This document shows positions 30,318-39,374 of a stretch of 64,000 bases of DNA, piece by piece. A program made the translations under genes and the position numbers. The notes below the pieces were generated by a model. The model had not been told where the DNA came from, made no database searches, and saw nothing but the letters and a program-made list of their open reading frames with translations. Source of the stretch: Candidatus Andersenbacteria bacterium RIFCSPHIGHO2_02_FULL_46_16 (GTDB lineage Bacteria > Patescibacteriota > Andersenbacteria > UBA10190); NCBI GenBank assembly GCA_001817065.1, contig MHHQ01000005.1:18651-82650 (forward strand). Direction: 5' to 3'. Every line of letters starts with the position of its first letter. Positions within the stretch are counted from its first letter, which is position 1.

Positions 30318-30797
30318 ATGGGTCTTGATTATAATAGTATACCGTCGGGATCGGTGGTAACCGTGTCGCAAGCCGAAGGAGAGCAATATGTGGCGGGATT
30401 GTTTGAATTGCCCCAGATAGCTCGACAAGCCATGGTGTCGACGCGAACAGGGGCGTTTGTGAGAGGCCTGACTAAGGCTTATGGGCTGGAACAGATTAAA
30501 GCGCCGATAATTGCATTGTCAATATTAAAAACAGGGATTGGCAAGATACCGCTTAGTGGGTTGGGGGCTTATTTATCTGGCCAACTAAGGCTTCCTAACG
30601 ATAAAGCGCAAAGGATGGCGCGCGAGATAGAACAAGATTTATTTGAACCAGTTCGGCAGGAGCTGGAGGCGCATTGGGCGAAGCAGAAAAAAGAGGAACC
30701 GGGAAGGCAAGCACAGACGAAAGCGACAGAAGGAGGAGCAAGGAATGTGCTGAATCTTAAGATGGACAAAGCTCCGCCTAAGCCACCGTGGAGATAG
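30318..30797 (+). CDS. Hypothetical protein
   Basis: ORF 30300..30797 (ATG at 30318); helical, ends NVLNLK. Confidence 0.7.
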   Translation: MGLDYNSIPSGSVVTVSQAEGEQYVAGLFELPQIARQAMVSTRTGAFVRGLTKAYGLEQIKAPIIALSILKTGIGKIPLSGLGAYLSGQLRLPNDKAQRMAREIEQDLFEPVRQELEAHWAKQKKEEPGRQAQTKATEGGARNVLNLKMDKAPPKPPWR

Positions 30798-30803
30798 TAC
30801 ACA

Positions 30804-31062
30804 AAACATTCACAAAACACAGTGCACAAAGCCCAAACAAAACACAAAAGACAAACTGATACAAACACGACGCACTTATCCTACCGTTACGGTTGAGAAG
30901 GGGAATGAAACATTCACAAAACACAGTGCACAAAGCCCAAACAAAACACAAAAGACAAACTGATACAAACACGACGCACTTATACTGCTATTACTTTTGA
31001 GAGTAAGGGCGAAACATTCCCAAAACATAGTACACAAAGCCCAAACAAAACACAGTACACAA
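30804..31062 (+). repeat. Tandem array, 104-bp period: two identical 76-bp units, each followed by a 28-bp variable segment, then a degenerate third unit
   Basis: aaacatt starts at 30804, 30908 and 31012; 30804-30879 identical to 30908-30983. Confidence 0.9.
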
Positions 31063-31102
31063 ACACGAATAAACAGCGCGGACAGACTCTAAATGAGATT
31101 TA

Positions 31103-31483
31103 ATGACACGACATACAAGTCCATATCGTGATCTGGAGGAACGAACATTATTGTTTGCCAAAGAGGTATTAAGAATGTGTCAGTCTTTACCTAAAAGTAC
31201 TATTAATAATAGGTTGATTGATCAACTGATTAGATCGGCCGGGTCAGTAGGGGCGAATTACCGAGAGGCAAACGACGCTATAAGCAAGAAGGATTTTGTT
31301 CATCGTTTACGTATTGCACGAAAGGAAGCAAAGGAAACGAGCTATTGGCTTGATTTGTTACGGGAGGTTAATGTGGAACTGGTGGATAAAATTTCAGTAT
31401 TACAACAAGAGGCAATAGAGCTGAGAAATATCTTGTCTGCTATAATTCAGAAATGTGAGGTTAAGTCCCGTGAACGTGTTTGA
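31103..31483 (+). CDS. Four-helix-bundle protein (23S rRNA IVP / Avd-like superfamily)
   Basis: DLEERTLLFA…DQLIRSAGSVGANYREA…SKKDFVHRLRIARKEAKETSYWLDLL…EAIELRNILSAII. Confidence 0.92.
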   Translation: MTRHTSPYRDLEERTLLFAKEVLRMCQSLPKSTINNRLIDQLIRSAGSVGANYREANDAISKKDFVHRLRIARKEAKETSYWLDLLREVNVELVDKISVLQQEAIELRNILSAIIQKCEVKSRERV

Positions 31484-31530
31484 TAGGTTTGTAATATTGG
31501 ATTTTGTTTGGGCTTTGTGTTTTGAGTTTT
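31484..31530 (-). repeat. Inverted copy of the AC-rich repeat
   Basis: ttttgtttgggctttgtgt (31502-31520) is the exact reverse complement of acacaaagcccaaacaaaa (31032-31050). Confidence 0.85.
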
Positions 31531-31545
31531 TATATAGTTTATAAT

Positions 31546-31992
31546 ATGCGATTTCAAGTTCCCCAATTCGTCGACATTGAAGATCGGATTATTGGTCCGC
31601 TGACGCTAAAGCAATTTGCTTTTTATCTGATTGCGGCCATGATCATTGGCATTTTATATGTCATGGTAAGTTTAGGCGTGCTGATCGTGTTGGCATTGCC
31701 GATTGCGGGGACAGCTTTGCTGTTTGCTCATGCGAGGTTTTATGGGCAGCCGTTCGGTCAGGTGCTGATTAATGGCATTAGCTATGCTATGGGGTCGAAG
31801 TTGTATTTATGGCGAAGAACTGACAAGGATAACAAGATAAAAATCAGCGGGTCGGAGTTTAGCGATGAAGCGGAAGTATATGGGGTTTCATCTATTGACT
31901 TGATGAGCCAAACTTTAAACACAGAAGGAAATGTCGTGGGAGCAGATTTAGAGGACCCGTTGCTCGAAGAACCGGAGGGGAGCAAGGATTGA
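31546..31992 (+). CDS. PrgI-family (VirB3-like) membrane protein
   Basis: MRFQVPQFVDIEDRIIGPLTLKQF, 2 TMs, GQPF…KLYLWRR. Confidence 0.88.
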   Translation: MRFQVPQFVDIEDRIIGPLTLKQFAFYLIAAMIIGILYVMVSLGVLIVLALPIAGTALLFAHARFYGQPFGQVLINGISYAMGSKLYLWRRTDKDNKIKISGSEFSDEAEVYGVSSIDLMSQTLNTEGNVVGADLEDPLLEEPEGSKD

Positions 31993-32013
31993 TTTTATAC
32001 AAAGGGCAGGTTA

Positions 32014-32180
32014 GAAACATTCCCAAAGCACAGTGCACAAAACCCAAACAAAACACAACAACCTAAACCTTACAAACAATCGACGAAACTTATCCAAAAC
32101 ACAGTCTTTGCAAACTTAACAAACCATAACAAAGCGGTGACAAAATTTTACGAACAACGATAAAAACAGATAAAAACACA
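32014..32180 (+). repeat. AC-rich repeat copy followed by a second AC-rich motif
   Basis: gaaacattcccaaagcacagtgcacaaaacccaaacaaaacacaa at 32014; caaaccataacaaagcggtgacaaaattttacgaacaa at 32120. Confidence 0.8.
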
Positions 32181-32182
32181 GG

Positions 32183-32356
32183 GTATGGAAGTCACATTAT
32201 GAAATGCCACAAATATAGTGACGGGCCCTGTCGGCGCTGCACCCCCACCCGACGGCTTCGGTCTGCCAGGCGGGCAGCCTGCAGGCGCTCGGTGGGGGTC
32301 CCCCGCGCCGCCACCCGTTTATTTAAGAGTGGCATTTCATAATGTGACATCTATAC
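32183..32356. mobile_element. MITE-like element with ~28-bp TIRs (20 bp perfect) and a GC-rich structured core
   Basis: gtcacattatgaaatgccac (32191-32210) / gtggcatttcataatgtgac (32329-32348). Confidence 0.75.
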
Positions 32357-32504
32357 AAACTTAATTCCAAAATATCCTCTTAAGGACCAATGAATGAACG
32401 AGATGGGGACCGTGGGAAGGAAAGGGAAGAAGTAGAAATACGGAGAAGGGGAGGCTTGCAACAAAAAGAATAGAAAGGGGCAGGGCGATAAGGTAAACTA
32501 TTAA

Positions 32505-33239
32505 GTGATGTTAGAGAAGGACCAAAAAGGCAAATCCAGTCAGGAACTAGTGCAGATTACGGCGGTACGCGACGGAGTGGTGGTATTGGGGAATAATACC
32601 TTGCGGGCGACTTTGATCGTGTCTTCATTAAACTTCGCCTTAAAGTCTGAAGAGGAGCAAGATGCAATAATTTATGCCTTTCAAGGTTTTCTAAACTCAC
32701 TGGATTTCCCGGTACAGATTTTAGTGATGTCGAGAAAGCTGGATATTACATCCTATTTAGAGGAGCTGGATTCTCGTAAAGAACGGCAAAAAAATGAACT
32801 GCTGCGCTTGCAGATGGCCGAATATATTAATTTTATTTCAGAATTGGTCAAGGGTGGTAATATTATGACCAAGACTTTTTTTGTCTCCGTTTCGTTTGCG
32901 ATGGCGCAGAGCCGACAGTTGAACACGTTGGAAAAACTGGCCAAGACATGGCAAGGCATTGGAAAAGGCAATAAGCCATTTACTGACGTAGAGTTTGAGC
33001 ATTACAAGAAGCAATTAATGCAACGGGTGGAGCAAGTAGCTGTTGGTTTAAGAGGAGTGGGTTTACGTGTGGCACCGCTACAGACGCAAGAAGTGCTGGA
33101 ATTGTTTTACAGCATCCTAAATCCTGTTACGTCACGCAATTTACGTTTGCACAATGTAGCCAAACTGAGCGTAGAGGAAACCGGGGCACCAGACTTAGTG
33201 TCTAGCAACAGATCAGAGCAGCCGTGGGTGAGCAGGTAG
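32505..33239 (+). CDS. T4SS-associated protein (VirB4 N-terminal-like / TraC-associated)
   Basis: SQELVQITAVRDGVVVL…SSLNFALKSEEEQDAIIYAFQGFLNSLDFPVQI; lies between PrgI and VirB4. Confidence 0.75.
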   Translation: MMLEKDQKGKSSQELVQITAVRDGVVVLGNNTLRATLIVSSLNFALKSEEEQDAIIYAFQGFLNSLDFPVQILVMSRKLDITSYLEELDSRKERQKNELLRLQMAEYINFISELVKGGNIMTKTFFVSVSFAMAQSRQLNTLEKLAKTWQGIGKGNKPFTDVEFEHYKKQLMQRVEQVAVGLRGVGLRVAPLQTQEVLELFYSILNPVTSRNLRLHNVAKLSVEETGAPDLVSSNRSEQPWVSR

Positions 33240-33240
33240 A

Positions 33241-33295
33241 GTACAAAACGTAGACAAAGCACAGACAGGCACAAAGTCCAAACAAAGCACAAGCC
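33241..33295 (+). repeat. AC-rich repeat copy (diverged)
   Basis: acaaagcacagacaggcacaaagtccaaacaaagcacaa immediately after the stop at 33239. Confidence 0.7.
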
Positions 33296-33468
33296 GTACA
33301 TGTTTTATAAACTGCCATTAATCGGTAAAACCGTACAAACGGGATAGATTAGGCATTAGAAAATAGAAATATAGTAACCAGTAATCCGTAACTTGAAAAT
33401 GAGAATAAATAGGGTAGAGAGGGATGTTTATGGCTCGCTAGGGCTGGTTTTAATATATCTGTTATACT

Positions 33469-35298
33469 GTGGATATGCTGGGATTTAAAATTAAGAGGCA
33501 AACTAAGCAACAAAAGAAACCCGAGAAAGCCTTGCCTGAAGACCAGGCTAAGTTAAAGCAATGGCAGGAGGGAGTGGTGCGTTTGAAGGACATTCTAGCC
33601 CCAGCGGCTTTTTCAGTGTCCACTAAATATGTTGAGATAGACGGCAAGTTTGCCACGACGTTATTTGTGACGGCTTATCCGCGCTATCTGGAAACTAATT
33701 GGCTGTCACCAATAGTGAATTTTGATGTGGAGTTCGATATGGGGATGTTCGTTTATCCACAAGACTCCGCCACGATTTTAAGGCAATTGAAAAAACAGAT
33801 CACCCAAGTGTCCGCTTCGATAATCATGCGGACGGAGAAAGGTAAAGTGAGGGATCCACAGTTAGAAACTGCCTACCGAGACATTGAAGAACTGCGGGAC
33901 AGACTGGTGCAGGGAACGGAACGATTTTTTCAATTAAGTTTGTATCTGACGCTATATGCCGACAGTCAAGAAGAGTTAGAGGAAACTGTCGGACAGATTG
34001 AAGTGTTGTTAGAAGGCCGCCTGGTCTATATTAAGCCGGCTATATTCCAAATGAAGGAAGGATTCTTTTCGACCATTCCGCTGGGGCAGGACAAGCTGGC
34101 GAGAACTACCAACATGAGCTCATCGTCGCTATCAACAACCTTCCCTTTCGTGAGCTCCGACCTTTCTAGCAGTAATGGAATTTTGTTCGGTATTAATTTG
34201 CACAACAACAGCTTAATATTGTTTGATCGATTTAGTTTGGGCAATGCTAATATGGTGATCTTCGCTAAGTCTGGCGCGGGTAAATCGTACGCGGTTAAAC
34301 TTGAGATATTGCGGCAATTGATGTTTGATACGGAAGTGATTGTAATTGATCCGGAAAAGGAATACCGTTATTTGTCTGACTCGGTGGGCGGGGCTTATCT
34401 GCGGATAGCCACAGCGTCCGACCACAGGATCAACCCATTTGATTTGCCGGAGTTGGGAGAGGAAGACGAGCCAGAAACGGTGCTGCGGGAGAATATAACT
34501 CGTTTAATTGGTTTGGTTTCGCTGATGGCCGGGGGGTTTTCGCCAGAGGAAAACTCGGTGGTAGATAAGGCTTTGTGGGAAACATATGCGCTGAAAGATA
34601 TTACTAAAGGCATTAGATGGACAAAGCCTGAGGTGCCGACTTTGCAGGATTTTTATAATATTGTTGGCGACATGGAAGGCGGCGCTAATATTGCCTTGCG
34701 GATTGAGCGGTTTGTGGAAGGGACTTTTGCTGGGGTTTTTAACCGACCAACCAACATCGACTTGGATAATCAACTAGTAGTGTTCAATGTGCGTGATATG
34801 GAGGAGGAGCTGCGGCCGCTAGCTATGTATGTCGTCTTGGGGTTCATTTGGAACAAAGTACGTAGCTCGTTAAAGAAAAGAATACTGGTAGTGGACGAGG
34901 CGTGGGTGATGATGCAACACGAGGAGTCGGCTAAGTTTATGTTCTCCATCGCAAAACGGGCACGCAAATATTACTTAGGTGTAACGACGATTACGCAGGA
35001 TATACAGGATTTTCTGGATTCTAAGTACGGTAAACCGATTGTCACAAACTCTTCTTTGCAGCTGCTACTGCGCCAGTCGCCAGCGGCGATCGATTTGTTG
35101 GCGGATGTGTTTTATCTGACCGACCACGAGAAGTTTAGATTATTGGAAAGTGATGTGGGAGAAGGTATTTTATTTGCCGGGCTGAAACATGTAGCGATTA
35201 AAGTAGTGGCCAGTTATGCGGAGGACCAGGTAATAACCAGCGATCCACAGCAGGTGCTGGCGATTGAGGCGGCGAAGAGAGAGATGGCGGCTAATTGA
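33469..35298 (+). CDS. virB4: VirB4-like conjugative/T4SS ATPase
   Basis: Walker A AKSGAGKS, VIDPEKEY, INPFDL, Walker B LVVDEAW, KRARKY…TITQD. Confidence 0.88.
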   Translation: MDMLGFKIKRQTKQQKKPEKALPEDQAKLKQWQEGVVRLKDILAPAAFSVSTKYVEIDGKFATTLFVTAYPRYLETNWLSPIVNFDVEFDMGMFVYPQDSATILRQLKKQITQVSASIIMRTEKGKVRDPQLETAYRDIEELRDRLVQGTERFFQLSLYLTLYADSQEELEETVGQIEVLLEGRLVYIKPAIFQMKEGFFSTIPLGQDKLARTTNMSSSSLSTTFPFVSSDLSSSNGILFGINLHNNSLILFDRFSLGNANMVIFAKSGAGKSYAVKLEILRQLMFDTEVIVIDPEKEYRYLSDSVGGAYLRIATASDHRINPFDLPELGEEDEPETVLRENITRLIGLVSLMAGGFSPEENSVVDKALWETYALKDITKGIRWTKPEVPTLQDFYNIVGDMEGGANIALRIERFVEGTFAGVFNRPTNIDLDNQLVVFNVRDMEEELRPLAMYVVLGFIWNKVRSSLKKRILVVDEAWVMMQHEESAKFMFSIAKRARKYYLGVTTITQDIQDFLDSKYGKPIVTNSSLQLLLRQSPAAIDLLADVFYLTDHEKFRLLESDVGEGILFAGLKHVAIKVVASYAEDQVITSDPQQVLAIEAAKREMAAN

Positions 35299-35983
35299 TA
35301 ATAGAGTAAGTACGTGTTATATGGTGTTTGACGCTGGCCAAGATGGAGGTAGGCAAGAAGAAAAACAAGGTTTACGTAATCAAGTCTCAGACACGAGAAG
35401 GAAAGTGCTGCAAAGAAAAGCTGAATTAGCTGCGCTTAAAACCGCAGAAAAGGTTTCGAGTAAAGCAACTGGGGTAGTGGGGAAACAAGCGGGTCGCGCA
35501 GGGGGAAAAGTAGCCGCTAAGACGGCAGGTGTTCCGGTCCAAGTTGGTGAAAAGGCATTAGCAGCGACAGGTGTCGGCGCGCCTGTTGCTGCCGCAATAA
35601 TGGCTGCTCGACTAGTGGCGGAAAAAGGGGTAAGTGAAGCGACAGGGCAAATTGCTAAGCAGGCTTCCCGCCAATTGAGCAAAGCGCCGTTTAAACCATT
35701 AATAGCCGCACAAAAAAGACGCGTAAAAAAGGCCCAACAAAACGCGGGGGAAGCTGAAGAGGCTTTAGCGGAGTTTGGTGAAGATAGCGTAATGGACATT
35801 GTGGATGGAAAAATAAGGAAGGTTGTAGGAAAATTTGTTAGTATACCGGTGGAGGTCGCGTTTGGGTTGTTGTTGACGGTTTTTATGTTCCCATTTGTTA
35901 TTTTGGCAGTGGGTATAGTATTAGCAATAGTTAATATAGAAAGGTTGATACCAATAATTAGGCTGATGTCGTCAATTATTTAA
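35264..35983 (+). CDS. Hypothetical Ala/Lys-rich protein with C-terminal TM (start probably ATG ~35321)
   Basis: 239-aa ORF; ATGVGAPVAAAI glycine-zipper-like segment. Confidence 0.65.
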   Translation: MRRRRERWRLIDNRVSTCYMVFDAGQDGGRQEEKQGLRNQVSDTRRKVLQRKAELAALKTAEKVSSKATGVVGKQAGRAGGKVAAKTAGVPVQVGEKALAATGVGAPVAAAIMAARLVAEKGVSEATGQIAKQASRQLSKAPFKPLIAAQKRRVKKAQQNAGEAEEALAEFGEDSVMDIVDGKIRKVVGKFVSIPVEVAFGLLLTVFMFPFVILAVGIVLAIVNIERLIPIIRLMSSII

Positions 35984-36007
35984 CTTTTTGAGTAGTGAGC
36001 TAACCCA

Positions 36008-36436
36008 ATGAAATATTTTTTACATAGCAAAATAAGAAGTGGAAAGGTTTTAATTATAACGTTTATACTATTCTATGGTTTAGGGTTGCCACATTCAGTT
36101 AAAGCACAGGCCGCGGTCCCTTGCCCTTGGGGCTTTTTGGAAGTGCTTGATGTAGACGGCGTTAGAGATATTTGCAGTATTATTGGTGGCAGCGGTGCTA
36201 CGGCTACAACGGCAATTGGAAGATTGTTGAGTTGGGTGACGTTAAGCTTGACAGCGCTAGTGATGATGGCAGCAGCGGTTGGCATTGTGATAGGCGGTTA
36301 TATATATATGACGGCGGGGGGCAGCGCGGATCGGGTGCAGCTGGCAAAAACTTGGATAATTGCTGCTTTACTGGGGATTACGATCGCTTTAACGGCTTTT
36401 GTGCTGCTGAATACAATTAGCACAACACTGGTTTGA
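36008..36436 (+). CDS. T4SS pilin (TrbC/VirB2-like)
   Basis: Signal peptide ending VKAQA; GIVIGGYIYMTAGGSADRVQLAKTWIIAALLG. Confidence 0.8.
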   Translation: MKYFLHSKIRSGKVLIITFILFYGLGLPHSVKAQAAVPCPWGFLEVLDVDGVRDICSIIGGSGATATTAIGRLLSWVTLSLTALVMMAAAVGIVIGGYIYMTAGGSADRVQLAKTWIIAALLGITIALTAFVLLNTISTTLV

Positions 36437-36441
36437 TTTCA

Positions 36442-37932
36442 TTAAAGATGAATTTTTCTAGAGGGATGATTAGAAGTCTGGTTTTTTGTTATAGTAAGCA
36501 GGAGATGACTGAAGGTTTGCGCGATTAGACAAGTAACTATTGTCCAATGGAGAGCAGCGAGATCGTTTTTCCAGTAAATGGTATCGGCTAGGCCGAAGAT
36601 AAGAATAGACAATAGGGCGAGGGTAAGGGTTTGTGTTTGGTAAGTGATCAAAAAATGATTGGTTTGTATTGGTGTGATTGAGTGTTGATTATGCCCACCG
36701 GTGATTTTTAGTACGCTACGCCAAGCATGAACGAGAATATAGGCATTGAGCAGGATAAAGCTGACTAAGCCCAACAAGCCGGTGTTAAGCCAGAAAGAGA
36801 GAAGCCAGTTGTGGGGATCTCGAAAGACAAATTCTGGTAGCGGGGATTCACATTTTTTTGTTGAAAGCTGACAGTTAGCGAATTGTGTAAAGCGTTCGTG
36901 CAGTTGGTTTTGGTAGGCCGGTTCGAAAGTACCCAGCCCGACGCCGAGAAGGGGGTGATCCTTTATCAGATCCACGCTGATGCTCCAAAGCTGTTGGCGA
37001 ACAGACAATGAATTATGAGTATCCGAGGAGGAAAGGGGCTGCAGGAGATAGGTTAAGCGTCCCGTGGACGATAGATAACCAAGGGAGATAAACACGAGAG
37101 TAAGAACAGCCCCCCAGCGAAGGTAAAGAGGTCGACGAGTGGCGGTAGATGTTGAGGTTGGTTGAAAAAGGATTAAGCCGATAGAGACGGAAATAAAAGC
37201 GGCAGAAATACCAGCGACTGACTGCGTAGCGAGCAGGGCGGCAGCGAGGATGAGCGAAGAGGGGAGATAGAAAAGTCGTTGATGGCGGTTAAAGAACAAC
37301 CAGACGGAGATAACAAGTAGCGGGACTAAATATAGTGCTAAAGAGTTTGGTACGTCATAAACACTCTTGATACGAGCAAGGTGATTTATTTGCGACAACC
37401 CAAGCAACGCGACAATATTACCGGACAGAACAAGTGATTGAATAATCAAGAAATAATAATTAGGTGAGAAAGTTTTGGCAGGAAGAGTTTTTGTTTCGGC
37501 AAAGGGGCTTCGAAGAGGTTCTGGGGCAGAGTCAGATGAAGGGAAGAAAGACTGGGCGGATATTATCAGCCAACCCAGCAGAAGGGGAACAATGATCCAT
37601 CCTTTTAGTATGCCCAGACTGGTAAGGATGTGTGGCGAGATAATCGTGCTAACGATGGCCGAAAGGACAAAAAGAGCAATCAGCAGATGGAGGAATGACG
37701 GTAGGGCGCGCCAGATTATTGGCCACTGTCTGCGAATAGAAGGTTGAATAAAGGTAAAAAAGAAAACAGTTACAATAGACGCTTCCAGTAAATTGGTGGG
37801 AAGACTGAAGAAAGAAAACTGAATAAGATAGGTGGGCAATAAGGCTGTGAGTAAAACCAGCGCGCTGGACGGGCGAGACAAAGTTAACAGGGACAGCAGA
37901 AGAAGAGCAGGGACGATAAGAAAAACGATCAT
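36442..37932 (-). CDS. O-antigen ligase / Wzy-C family membrane protein (start probably the ATG at 37932; ORF track extends to 37995)
   Basis: PNSLALYL, TQSVAG, SLSVRQQLW…HPLLGVGLGTF, DPHNWLLSFWLNTGLLGL. Confidence 0.85.
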   Translation of the reverse strand: MIVFLIVPALLLLSLLTLSRPSSALVLLTALLPTYLIQFSFFSLPTNLLEASIVTVFFFTFIQPSIRRQWPIIWRALPSFLHLLIALFVLSAIVSTIISPHILTSLGILKGWIIVPLLLGWLIISAQSFFPSSDSAPEPLRSPFAETKTLPAKTFSPNYYFLIIQSLVLSGNIVALLGLSQINHLARIKSVYDVPNSLALYLVPLLVISVWLFFNRHQRLFYLPSSLILAAALLATQSVAGISAAFISVSIGLILFQPTSTSTATRRPLYLRWGAVLTLVFISLGYLSSTGRLTYLLQPLSSSDTHNSLSVRQQLWSISVDLIKDHPLLGVGLGTFEPAYQNQLHERFTQFANCQLSTKKCESPLPEFVFRDPHNWLLSFWLNTGLLGLVSFILLNAYILVHAWRSVLKITGGHNQHSITPIQTNHFLITYQTQTLTLALLSILIFGLADTIYWKNDLAALHWTIVTCLIAQTFSHLLLTITKNQTSNHPSRKIHL

Positions 37933-39374
37933 GGACGGGGGATGATTAAGGAAATAATAATTGCCACGGTGATCAGAAGGTGGGAGTACAGCCAACTATT
38001 GATAAATTGGGAGTGGATGAAGAGGGCTGTAAGACTATACAGTCCGGCCAGGGCGCGGGGATCGCGGTAAAGGAGTGAGCGCGTAATAAATAAACGAAGC
38101 AAATAAGACCAGGGCAGAAGGAAAAGGGAAAGACCGATCAGGCCGGTGGTGGCCCAGATAGTTAGTAAGCTGTTATCAGCTCCCGCGCGGGAGTGAATAG
38201 AGTAATTGGCCACAGTTTGCGCCTCGCCCGGGGCAAATTGATAGGCATTGTAACCAACCCCCAATAATGGATTATCCCGGACAATTTGCCAACCGTTGGC
38301 CAAGCTGGCGAGACGAAGCTCGACGGTGGGGTCGATGGTGAGAAGGCCAGACAAACGGGGACCAAGGGCAAAAATCATGATTGTACTGATAATTATTGCT
38401 AAACCAAGAACAGCGCTGATAGTGACGAGGCGGCGCCGGTTAGACTTAACTTCTTGCTGATAAAGAAACAGGGGGGAGAGGAGAATGGCCGCTGCGCCAG
38501 CAGCCACTTGGGTGCTGCGAGATTGGGTGGTAATAAGAGCTATTATTACTAGAATAAAACCCGGTAGGCGCCATGTTTTATTCTGCCAAAGAAGAATCAT
38601 AGGGAGAGCCAGCACAAGAAATAAGCCAATAAAGTTGGGGTCTAGCCAGGTAGAAACTAAACGAAATTGATGCGGATCCCAACCCGCCCGGGCTAACAAA
38701 GAAAGGTCTGGGAAAAACGCCAGCTGCGCTAAACCGGTAGATACTAACAACAAAACAGTGAGGTTTAAACCATACCAGACAAAATGGTGGAGGGCGGGGC
38801 TCTTAAGCAAATAGATAAGGGCGGGTAAAAGCAATAAATTAGCGGATAAACGAAGCCAGTAGGAAAAGGCAACTAAAACGTTACTTAAACCAAGGTTGGG
38901 CGCGTGAAGGATAAGAGTAAAAAGTGACCAGATGATAAAGGGCGTGATCAGCCAGAGGATTACTCGGTTGAGTTGAGCTGACTGACTGCTTATTTTTTGT
39001 GCTGCCCGTTCGTCCAAGCGAGAGGTTGTGTTAGTAATTGATTGATGGTGGAGCTCGATGCTTGGAGGAAGTTTTCGGAATAGGCATGGTGGGCGGGAGA
39101 TGTTAAGGTGAATGTTTTGATCAGCGGATCGAATATAAGTTTTTTTTATACCGACGATGAGCAAGAGAATAGCGACGGCCAAGTCACTGGGTAACAGTCC
39201 GCCACCTTGGCCCGGTAAGGGGAGACGAACCAACTGACCGGTTAAAAGAGAGAAGAATAACAAACCGATAGCTAAACGCGGTAACCGAATTAACCAAACA
39301 GCAAGAAGGGCCCCTAGTCCACCAATGGCGACAACAAGCGGTAAAGCCAACGAAGATAACGCTGAAAAAGCCAT
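37929..39374 (-). CDS. O-antigen ligase family membrane protein
   Basis: RLVSTWLDPNFIG, TQSRS, NPLLGVGYNAY, ADNSLLTIWATTGLIG. Confidence 0.85.
   Translation of the reverse strand: MAFSALSSLALPLVVAIGGLGALLAVWLIRLPRLAIGLLFFSLLTGQLVRLPLPGQGGGLLPSDLAVAILLLIVGIKKTYIRSADQNIHLNISRPPCLFRKLPPSIELHHQSITNTTSRLDERAAQKISSQSAQLNRVILWLITPFIIWSLFTLILHAPNLGLSNVLVAFSYWLRLSANLLLLPALIYLLKSPALHHFVWYGLNLTVLLLVSTGLAQLAFFPDLSLLARAGWDPHQFRLVSTWLDPNFIGLFLVLALPMILLWQNKTWRLPGFILVIIALITTQSRSTQVAAGAAAILLSPLFLYQQEVKSNRRRLVTISAVLGLAIIISTIMIFALGPRLSGLLTIDPTVELRLASLANGWQIVRDNPLLGVGYNAYQFAPGEAQTVANYSIHSRAGADNSLLTIWATTGLIGLSLFLLPWSYLLRLFITRSLLYRDPRALAGLYSLTALFIHSQFINSWLYSHLLITVAIIISLIIPRP

Noticed and set aside
30569..30972. 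Minus-strand ORFs starting MFVSVCLLCFVWALC (also 33107..33301 and 26479..26703)
   Set aside because: These are translations of the antisense strand of the AC-rich repeat, with no independent coding evidence.
30804..31062. CRISPR array
   Set aside because: The repeat is 76 bp and non-palindromic, there are only 2-3 units, the 'spacers' are related to each other, and no cas genes are in the window.
31103..31483. Diversity-generating retroelement (Avd-like gene)
   Set aside because: No reverse transcriptase and no TR/VR pair with adenine-specific mismatches seen. The duplication at 23833/24025 is an in-frame Pro-rich repeat.
26501..33295. Shufflon or integron explanation for the AC-rich repeats
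   Set aside because: No tyrosine or serine recombinase nearby, the repeats lack attC-like palindromic structure, and all genes are co-oriented.
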